A stretch of DNA of 64,000 nucleotides, from NCBI GenBank assembly GCA_039621445.1, contig CP154954.1, forward strand, positions 11,009,229-11,073,228, read 5' to 3'. Under the pieces are notes generated by a model. It was not told the origin of the DNA and made no database searches. It saw only the letters and a program-made list of their open reading frames with translations. A program made the translations under genes and the position numbers. Positions 54,070 to 64,000 of the stretch are shown piece by piece. This DNA comes from Euglena gracilis (lineage: Eukaryota). How positions within the stretch are numbered: position 1 is the first letter of the stretch; the number at the start of each line of letters is the position of its first letter.

Positions 54070-57000
54070 GGGAGCCCGAGGTCCGAGGGCACGGACCTCT
54101 GGGCTGATGAACAGATGGATGTAGGACCTCATCAACCCTGCCGCCCCTGCCCATCTGCCTTTCTGGTCGGTACCCGGGAAATTTTCGGGTCCCCCACCCC
54201 CCACTCCAACTTTTTGCTCGGAATGTTGTGCAAAGTAGGAAAGGGTTCGTGGGAAAGCTGGCAAGAAAACTTACTTTCGCCAGACCCTTCACTTTGCTTA
54301 CCCCCCATGGAACTTTTGGTCCAAGCGGAAATTAAAATACAAAAGTTTTGTGCAAAAGTCAAAATTATCATTGACACTGGTTGTCGCATTGCACTACTTT
54401 TTCGGTTCGGGTTGATACCAACCCCCCTCTTGGTGAAAACCAAGAATCCGAGCACAATTACGACGGCTGACAACACCCCCATGTGCGGTGGTGACTTGGG
54501 ATGCTTTTTGGACATTGTCCTACCCCCCATCCCCAAGCACCACTCACACCCCCCCCAACCACAAAATTTTCCGGATACCTGGGGATACGAATCCGGAATC
54601 CATGGTTCTGACGTAATTCTGGGATACCCCTTTTTACGTCAGCACCGACTGGTAGTAGATTGCCACTGCCACGGTTTGCGCACATCACCATTCTCTTCAT
54701 TGCCCCCCAAACCGGTACCCCCTCGTTCCACTGGGTTACAAGACGAAAGCCCAAAGGCCCGAAGTACGTACGGTGTCCAGTAGTCGCCCAGCTGCACCAA
54801 CACCCCGTTTTCCACCAGATGTATCGCTTTCAGATACATCTGTACACCCCCCAGCAGCTACAAGAGCGCATTCCAACTTTTACACACACACCCACCAGAC
54901 CAACATGCGCGACCAGGACCACTACTCCGACACTACCTTCCAATGTGTGCACTGAAGGAGAATTTCCGCCCAGACAGATTTCGATTGTGGATGTCTAGTC
55001 CAAACATTAACACTAATCCCGATTTCGCGTAACCATACACTTGGTTGCGGATCGCAATGCGCGACCGTACATCAAGTGCTCCAACAACGAGGTATTGCCT
55101 TGTTGTTTGGGACCGCGAAATCCGTGTCACACACCTCCCCCACCTCCATCTCGCATGATACGGACTGGGTATTAACCCATCCAACCCATCAACCCTTGGG
55201 AATGCCCCTAGGGAGAGTGGATAAAACACCCTTGACTTATGTTTGCGGATCCCTGAATTGCGTTACCGCTCTTCAAACCGCGAACCAGGTCGACACCTAC
55301 GTGATGTGTGTATGGAACGCATTTAATTTTGGTCAATACCGTATTTTGGAGGGATCGTTCTCCAAAATGGCGGTTTTGGCCGATTCCTTCGATTTGTCGT
55401 TGGAAATTGATGCGTTTTCATCAAAAGCGCATGCGCGCTTGTCACGATATTGGTCGCGACATTCCAACGCATTTCTAAAATTTTGGGGTGATACGGTCCT
55501 CTGGATGCACCCTCCCCTAAAACTTATCCCGGATGTGGTGGAGAAAATCCCCCGCGATGAAACGCGGCGAGCTCTCCTCATACCCGTCAAACCGAATGCA
55601 GATTGGTTTCACCAACTATCCTATGTGTGTTTTCATTGGTGGGATTTACCCGCTGATGTACCACTATTCGAGGACTTTTGTGGTATATTATTACCACCTG
55701 TTAAACAAATCATTTTTCGCGTTTGTTTCTTCGACGCACTCGGAATATCCGTTGTGTGTGTGCCAAGATACCTTGGTACCAATGGGGATGCCACACCCTC
55801 AACGCAGATTTCTGCGGTCGTTGAGAGTGCGGACCAACACCCCAAGTCTGCTGACTATTGTTCGCGAATTACTCGCGAATTTCATGGTGTACTGGATAAC
55901 CCAGTATACGCCTGCGACATCGACCCCGCGATTCGCGGTCCGTTCGGTGTTTGCAAAATCGAGCTCAAGGATGGCGCTAAACCCATGCACCGGAAATTAT
56001 TCCGTTGTTCGGGTGAACGCGAGCAAGCTCTCAAAGAGATGATTGAGAAGCTCATCCAGCGGAAGTGGATTATCCCTTCCAAGAGCGAATGGACATCACA
56101 GGCTTTTGTGGTGCCCAAACCTGCTGACCAGTCTGGTCAGAAGAAGTGGAGACTAGTGCTAGATTACCGGTACCTGAACTTCCAAACGAGGGAGGACCCC
56201 TCCCCGTTACCGCTGATCGAGGATTTGAACACCAGACAATCGGATAACCTGTTGTGGTCAATCTTTGATCAGGAAGACGGTTTCCATCAGATGCATTTGC
56301 ATCCTGATTCGCAACCGTACACGGCATTCGTGACATCTAAGGGTGTGTACCAATGGACGGTACTCCCCATGGGTGCAAGGAATGGCCCAGCCATGTTTCA
56401 ACGCATGACCCATTATCGCGATGTGCGGGCGGTGTTATCCGCGTTCCAAAAGCATGTGCTTTTTGTGAAGGGTTCCAAAATGCACCTGTTTCGCAAATTT
56501 ATTAAGTTTTGCGGACACATCCTGAGCAACGGGCAGCGTAAAGCCGCACCCAGTAAGATGGAGGCCATTAAGAAATGGACTCCTGTGGTCATTAAGACCT
56601 TAACGCATTTAAAGGGATTTTTGGTATTAGCCCAATATTACGCGGTTTATAAGAAAGATTTCGTCAAAATCGCGATACCCCTAACCCAACAACTCAAAAA
56701 TCGGACACCCGATAACGCAAAAGTCATTTGGGATGACCAAATGCGCGAGGCCTTGAATAAAATCAAGAACTTTCTGCTCGAGAACGTGGTTCTCGATATC
56801 GCGGAACCATATAAACCGTATGTCCTGGAAGTCGACAGCAGCGATTACGCTGTTGGCGGGGTTCTTAGCCCGCATAATGCGGCGAATGAACTCCGACCTG
56901 TGGCTGTCTTCAGCAGAAAGCTACAGGGCGACAACGGGAAAGGACAGGTTAAATGGAGCATTCGCGAAAAGGAGACATATGCCATTGTGCTCATTCTCCA

Positions 57001-58730
57001 GACATTCCGCAGCTGGATAGCCAGCAGCTTGGTCCAGATACGCGTGTTGACGGATCATGAGAGCCTTCAACACTGGTATACCGAGGATCTAAACAAGGCC
57101 ATGTCATCAGTTGGCAGAAGATGCCGATGGCATGAGTTCTTGAGCCAGTTTAACCTGGTGGTTATCTATACCCCAGGTCACACACAAAAAGTTGCGGATC
57201 CTCTCAGCCGAGCCCCCTGGTATTATCCTGGGAACCCGGATGAGGGTGATGCGACTTTTCATGGCAGCCATGAGGCTGACCAGTGCGCACGTCGATCCGA
57301 CACTGCGGACAATATGCTCGATTCACTACCCGTTTCCCGTGTATATCGCAGCATCGCCATTTCACCATTGCGTGGAAGGCGCCGGCGTGGACGCACTGCC
57401 GGACCCCGTCGCATTACGCGTACGGAAACTCCTACCCCCCTATTTTTCCGCGAATGGGTTATTCGCGTGACCCTATATATAGTACCATTGTGAATAGACG
57501 TAGTAATGGTGAATCCATAGAGAATTACTCTCTATCACCATTGCGGCTTATTTTCCGGAATGTTTCTGGTTATAAATATTGTATACCCCAAGACCTGGTT
57601 GATGATGTGATTTTGAGGTATCACAACCATGGTCACCCTGGGGCCCCCAAACTTCTTTCACTAGTGGGTCGCAGATATGGCACAACCCTGAGTGAAAAAG
57701 AATTGTATTCGCGCTGTTTGCGAATTTTGCAACGGTGCCAAATTTGTCAAGCTGTAAAACCGCGCAGACGTACCCCCCCTGGTACGATGGTCTTTTTCCC
57801 CGTACCACCAGACATTTTTACGTCCCTCTGCATGGATTTTCTCGAACTTGAACCTTGCAAAGGATCAGATGACAAAATTTACAATTACGTTTTTGTTGTC
57901 GTCTGTCGGCTGAGTGGGTACATAGTAGCCATTCCATGCCGGAAAGCAGGGTTGACAGCCCAAATTTTGGCATCCATATTCCTGGAGAAATGTATCTGCT
58001 TAATGGGTTTACCGCACGAAATCGTGAGTGATCAGGATCACTTGATCTCGTCGCATTTTTTCACAACTTTGTGCAGTTTACTCGGCATTGAGCAGCATTT
58101 TTCCATTATATACCGCCCGAAAGGCAATGGTAGAGCCGAGGCAGCCGTGAAATCCGTTGTCAATATGCTTCGCCTTTCACTGGCCGACTCGGGTAAGAAT
58201 TGGTTATCCGTTCTTCATTGGTGTTTATTTTACATCAATACCTTGCCAGGGTTGGTATTACCATACTCACCGTACAAAATTGTTTTCGGACGAGACCCTC
58301 CGGCCATAGGGGATATCCCCTCGGAGAGACCCGCCCGAAGTAGCGTCAGCTGTGAAACGTGGTTTGCAGAAGTGGAATCACTCCGCTCTGCAGTCCAATC
58401 ACGTATCACAGAAATTCATTCCAACAAACGGAAATCGTTTTTACAAAACTTCAGCACATATGGACGACTTCAAACCGTACCTAAGCCCCCCAGACGGAAA
58501 AGCTATCCCCTGCCTGTATTTCAAGCCCCGTTCCAGATTACCTGAAACGGACGACTTTGTGGTCGATAGGATAATAGACCACAAGCTCGACAGGGGTGTG
58601 CACTACTGGAAAGTTCGCTAGAAAGGGTATGGGCCAGAGGAGGACACTTGGGAGCCAACATCCAGTTTTGTTGGATATATCCAGCAGGATTGGAAGCTGT
58701 GGAACAAGCGCAATAACATAAACACTTTCT
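54070..58730 (+). pseudogene. pol: pol of element C (RT YIDD segment deleted near 56410)
   Basis: IIIDTGC; ORF 55076-57493 holds MT-like, RT and RH; ORF 57283-58545 integrase; chromodomain ~58550-58710. Confidence 0.92.
55313..55738 (+). other. Dam/DIRS-like adenine methyltransferase-like domain in pol C, in frame with RT
   Basis: IDAFSSKAHARLSRYWSRHSNAFLKFWGDTVLWMHPPLKLIPDVVEKIPRDETRRALLIPVKPNADWF. Confidence 0.75.
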
Positions 58731-58961
58731 GCGCAACAAAATAGACATAAACATAAACACTTTCTGAAACGATTTCGTTTTGGAGAATGTGTGTGTTTTA
58801 TGTGAATGTTTCGCGTTGATACCCCCCCTGCACTTCCTTATTTCTCTATCTTTCTCGCAGAGTTTTGATTAAGATAAAAGCCTTCCTTTTTCAGTGCACC
58901 AGCACTCAAAGCGACTGACAACAAGGTTACCCTTAGTTGTCGTCGTCGTTCGGGTAGCATC

Positions 58962-61900
58962 ATGCTGCCTGGGCGCGGACCTGGACCAGGTCCACCATGG
59001 CCGCAGCCTTCCTGTGCGCCATACCCCCAGTACCCTCAGTATGCTGAGGCCCCGATTCCGGGTGCCCCACATGCTGAGAGGGTTTCAGCTCCGCTATTCG
59101 CCGCGGCAACCAGCAGCCGGTCCACATATGCGGTACCAGATCCATCTGCCGTCCAGCGGCCGGCACCTCAGCCACCAGCGCAACGCAGATCGCGCCTGCA
59201 CCCGTATGCAGGAGAGATGATCTTCCGCACTAGGGAGACGTTGGAGCGGGCGATGCGTACGTGCGCACACCCCCCAACGGAGCCCTTTATGCAAGCCCTT
59301 TGGGATGCATACTGTGCTCAGTTGTTGGTGGTAGCCAACACGCCTGTGGCTCAGTGGTGTCCCTGTGGCCAAGCCCTGATGACGGGGAGACGGTATTTCT
59401 CGTCGGCATCTGATTCCAGATTCGAACCCGGTGAGACCATGATGGATCTGGGTGTGTATGTGCCGCCCATGCTGCAAACGCAGACGCCGGTGGGATCCCA
59501 CACCGTGCATTTGCGTGAGCACACGCCCCCACCGGTAGGTGAGGCTGTGCATGTCCCACCTGGGATGACAACAATTTTTGCTCGCCCGCCCTCGCCGCAG
59601 CGAATGTCGCCGCGCGAGCCGCCAGCGGAGCAATTTGTCTCGCAGTACGCGACGCACGCGGATTACCCGCGCGGCGCACGCGTGCTCCCAGCCGGACAGT
59701 CGGACGTGCCCCCTGAGGCATACGTCCAACACATGTTCATGCACTGGACGCCACAGGCATCACCGGTCGCCCCTGTCCCTGGCGTTGAGCCACGGCGGCA
59801 GGCGGAGCCCATAGTGGTGGAGGATGAACCTCCCCACTGTGTGGCAGCCCGACCACCCAGTGCCGCTCCTGTCCAAACTGGGGATATCCCCCGTCGGCAG
59901 GAGACTCCCTACTATCACATGGCACCTCCGGAAACCGAGCAGGATGAGCTTGCTGGGCACTTCCTGCAGGAGCCAGTATTCGTGTCTGAAGAGCACCGGT
60001 CGAGGTATTACTCCTCTCTGGCTGCCCTTCAGGGCCGTGGATACACCCCATACCATCCGTACCAGCCGCAGCCCCGGTATTACCCGGTGAGCCCCCGGCA
60101 GGTGTGGCAGTATTACCTGCCACCCTGAAGCGCGACAGGACTACGGAGAACCTTACCTCACAACCCAGGCGACCCAGCCCACGGGACGCGGAAGGCGGTG
60201 TGGCGATGCAAGTGGAACCCAGCCAGGATACCTCGGCTGGACGACCACCGGCAGAGGCACAGGTGGCGATGAGCCGTCCTGTTTCCGCAATGCCACCGCC
60301 GATCCCTCCGGTATGGAAGGAGCCGCGACCCCCTGCGTCGAATCCAAGCCCATGCCAGACTCCTAGCCAACGCCCAGCCACGCCATCACCACGACGTGCA
60401 GCGGAGCGGCCAGGTCCCTCCCTAGAGATGGAATAGGAAGGAACCGAACCGACTCCTGCGGCACCGAGCGCCCGACCCTCCGGTATTCGCCAGACGGGAA
60501 AGGACACAGGCAAGGCCGAGGGCAAAGGCAAGGGAGAAGGCAAAGGCGTGGCCGGCAAAGGGAAGGGTGAGGGTAAAGGTAAGGGAACAGCACGTGAGGA
60601 AGAAGAGGAACCAGCAGAAGTCCTCTCGGACTTTGAGCATATGCTCAGGTTCAAGGAGGAGCTGGAGGACGAAGGCTGGCGAATGCAGCATGATTACCAT
60701 GTTGCAGGAAACCGCCCCGTCACTCCTCCACAAGCAGTCATCGATGTGGTATTACGCCACACCGAGAACCGAGTCAGACTATTCCATTACGGAATAGATC
60801 TGTACGCCTTCGAAGGTGAAGGTGGCAGACCTTTGCTGGATGCCCAGCCCGGTTTCTGGGAGCTCTGGTTTTGACTGGGAGACCCCTGCCAGAGCTAGGG
60901 TCTCTTCAGCGATTCCACTGGTCGCAGTTACCTGCACCAGTTGGGATTTCGGGACCAGCGTGTGTTGGCCCGAAGGCTAAAGGCAATCTTCGACTGTATT
61001 CATACAGTCGGACCCCTCGGCGTGCAGTGGGACTTCTACCCACTACACTCCGACATCGAACGCCTGATCGAGGTGTTGTGGTGCAACAACCTCCAGGTGT
61101 GGCTGGTGAGCCATTACGGCTCCATCTTCCGCGTTAAGCGCGTATCCGTGGCTTACCCGCAGAGGTATGACTTCTGCTGTAAGTACTGCCGGCAGGAATT
61201 TCCTGTCGACTTCTGGGGATTCGGCGTGCGCGGAAGTCCTCCACCGCCTCGGGATAACCCGGGACTGGAGATGGGACGCCGCATGCTTATGCATGTGTGC
61301 CGCGACGCCCCGGACGTCCAGGGCAAAAGTCACCGCGTCCACAAGCAGCGTATTTTTATGCTGCAGCAGTTCTGGTGGCGAGCCTGGACCACCTATGTCA
61401 TCCAGGTGTATATACATCTCCGTGACCTCCAGGACGATAGGCCCGGTATGGAAAGCCTGCCACCGGATTACGGTGACGCCATCGAGGGTCCTCGTCGTCG
61501 GATTCTCGGCCACCTGCGCCCCAACTGATATCACCCTGGAATAACATTTGCGGCGACAGTTTGGTGGAACCCTCGACCGGGTAGGATTCAATCCGCTGAT
61601 GTGTCACCCGCAGGCCATCCTCGAACAGCGTATGCCGATTCTGGCATGCGAGGAGGAAGGCTTTTTCGAGGTCTGGGAAGACACGCGTTATCACGGCTTC
61701 CTGGGCGCGAACAGGCCTGTCAACGCCTGGGTGCAGCCATCATGGCCGCCACCCTGGCCCAACAGCGCCAGCAGCAGTACGCTGGCCTTTTACAGGCTGG
61801 CGGATGACCAGGGATGCCGATGGCACCCCGAAGATCCTCGTTCGCCCGAGGATCTGCGCGCCTTCATCACCCCGGAGGATGAACCTCTGGCGCGAAGGAG

Positions 61901-63298
61901 ACGTGAGGCTTCAGTCGCTTCACCACCGCGATTCCGCGGCGGGAGGGACGCGAACGCAGCCCCTCCGTCACTATTCTGGAGGCAGCGCCGCCGTCTCCGA
62001 CAGGAACGGCTGTATCCTTCGTCTCTGCCCCGCGAGCGGAAGGGGAACGATCGGTTTCCCCGGCTCCCGCGGCGGCTTCCGTCTGTCCACCGGTAGGTGG
62101 AGACCAGAAACTTCCTGAGGAGGAAGGTGAGAACGTGGAGGATATCCTCTACGCTGCTCTGCCTGCTCCGGCACAGCCTGGGCCAGACGGAGCACCCACA
62201 GGGGATATACCTGTGGCTGCTACGCCTGTTCCAACGGCTGAGCCTCCAGCCGAGGTGACTGGTATGGTCGTCGAGGACAACCTCGAAGAACCTGCCAGTC
62301 CCACAGCACGCACCTCATTAGGAGGCCGTGTGCTCGGCGCCGTAGTCACCGGCATTACTGCCGTGGCTGCTGCACTAACGCCACGACGTGGAGGCGTAGC
62401 ATCAAGCTCCGCCGATGAGGTCGTGGACACGCCGGATGTCGGCGTTCCCTCACCCCCATCTCCGGCAGCAGTGCAACCACCATCACGGGATGAACCCCAG
62501 CCGACAGAGCCAACTGTCGCACCAGCTACAGCGGAGGATCAACCTCCCGTAGCACCTGCGCCAGCGGTTGTGGATGATCAACCTCCTAGACCGGATGTCG
62601 AAATGGAAGTGGAGGAGATACCCCCACGACCACCGACACCGCGCGAGGCCCCTGCCGTCCCGAGGACAATGGCAGAGTTTCTGGGAGTGCCAGCACCTGT
62701 GGAAGCACCGATTCTGGTGACGACCACAGTGCCACGCCTCGTCGGACAGGATGAACCTGCTCGGCGACGGCCGGCTGAACAACCCCCGGAACATGTGCCG
62801 ACCCCTCGCAGCGTCATGCGCAACCCAGCGGTCAGTACGCCCGCTTCGCCCAGACGGCAAGCTTCTACTCCGACACCACCGGCTCCTGATACCAGGAGCA
62901 AGCCGCAGGCGTCTCCTCCTGACTCTGGGAGTGCGAAGCCGAAAGGAGGCAAACCGGGTGCTGCACCCTGTAAGCCCCCTGCCAAAGGCGGTGATGGGAA
63001 ACCACCACCGAAAGGTGGCGCTGGAGGTCAGACTGGCGGACAGCCGAAAGGCCCTACGATAATGCACGACTATTCGGCCGTTGCATCGTCCGGGTACGGC
63101 CAGAGCAAACCGAAAGGTAAGGCTCGTGGTCGACAGGCCCAGTCTTCCGCCGGATCGACGGATGAGGAAGAGGATGAACCTGCTTCACCTCCTGTGTCTG
63201 CGGATGCCCAGCTCTGGACTCAGGATATCCTGACCAGACTAGGCACCGTCGAAGAGAGGACGAAGAAACTGGCTGCTATTAGGCACCAGAAAGGGTCA
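58962..63298 (+). pseudogene. ORF3 of element C (domains 1-2 and linker)
   Basis: ORFs 58962-60128, 60548-60874 (PGFWELWF), 60941-61528 (VDFWGFGVRG), 61548-62096, 62135-63349. Confidence 0.85.
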
Positions 63299-63311
63299 NN
63301 NNNNNNNNNNN
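63299..63311. other. Assembly gap (N run)
   Basis: Run of n characters. Confidence 1.
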
Positions 63312-63329
63312 TTTTTGGTCACCCAGACC

Positions 63330-63415
63330 CCGGAAACCTGTTTTTTTGAGCCAAAATGAGCGTTTTTCGACCGCGCGATGTATGAAGCTGTTCGAGTGCC
63401 GGGGGGGGGGCTCCC
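63330..63415. repeat. Dispersed repeat, inverted homolog of ~2575-2660
   Basis: TTTTGAGCCAAAATGAGCGTTTTTCGACCGCGCGATGTATGAAGCTGTTCGAGTGCC. Confidence 0.6.
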
Positions 63416-64000
63416 GCCCCCCCCCGGACCCCCCCGGGGGGGTCCCCTGGAGGGGGGTGGGATATACTTTTCTGCGCTGCAGGCGCCGAAAAAATTGTAT
63501 TTTTAGCACTTTTCGCGATTTTTCGGCCATTTTTTGTGGGTCCCCCGGACCCCCCTCCCCCCGGCCCCCCCCCAGGGGGTGGGTGGGTGGGGGACCCCAC
63601 CTCCCCCCCGGTCTTAAACCTCTGGTGCATTCCTCTTGGGGCCAGGTGCATGCTGCCCCCCCATTATGTACCTCCCCCTCAGGGGTACATGATGGGGGGG
63701 GTACATAATGGGGGGGTGGATGGTATTTGTACATATATGGATGTACACATATTTGTCTGTGCATATTGTGTGTGTACATGAACATCAACAAAAAAACAAA
63801 ACTCCATTGAATACTTCCAAAATGAGAAAGTCATAAAATTGCATTTTTTACATTTTTTTGATGTTTTTCCCCCCTTTTTTGGCAGCTCTTGAACTTATTG
63901 GCATATTGGCAAGTGTGGACTGAGAAAACAAATTGCAAACTACCTGGGCCCCCCTTTTTCATCTTTCACCACTTTGCACTTTTCACGCCAGCCTGGTGCA

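Larger units (their letters stand above)
49989..63298 (+). mobile_element. Element C: same family, 5' LTR through most of ORF3, ends at an assembly gap
   Basis: LTR, PBS array, gag, pol and ORF3 in order. Confidence 0.9.

Noticed and set aside
54740-54790. Programmed pro-pol frameshift (GVQ*/VSSSRP overlap)
   Set aside because: Copies have different indels upstream and give inconsistent frames, so it cannot be separated from decay
58712-58768. Spliced-leader-like ACTTTCTG words
   Set aside because: Explained by a local duplication of ACATAAACACTTTCTG at the end of pol; no full leader or SL RNA structure
63400-64000. ORFs in the G/C-run-rich terminal region
   Set aside because: Low-complexity repeat next to a gap with no protein motifs

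Overview
This is eukaryotic, transposon-saturated DNA with no supportable host gene. It is dominated by fragments of one family of very large (about 17 kb reconstructed) Ty3/Gypsy chromodomain LTR retrotransposons. The copies are D (+, ~7865-12851, 3' part), A (-, ~14393-31190, no 5' LTR), B (-, ~33813-47956, 3'-truncated), C (+, 49989-63298, runs into an N gap), plus extra gag/pro fragments and LTRs. All copies are mutated, but comparing them gives a consistent and unusual layout: LTR (TGTGTACCAGGC...GACGTACACT), tRNA-iMet PBS (tandemly arrayed in some copies), ~1,300-codon coiled-coil Gag, an in-frame UAG plus conserved hairpin (likely readthrough), protease, a Cys-rich segment, a DIRS/Dam-like adenine methyltransferase-like domain, RT, RNase H, DDE integrase, chromodomain, a splice-acceptor-like tract, a ~2,000-codon sense ORF3 with three conserved domains I do not recognise, PPT and LTR. 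The main candidate for a new system is the MTase-like domain inside a Gypsy Pol together with ORF3. Also present are a CRE-like non-LTR fragment, a MITE, possible gag relics of other families and several fold-back inversions. All domain calls come from reading motifs by eye; no database searches were run.
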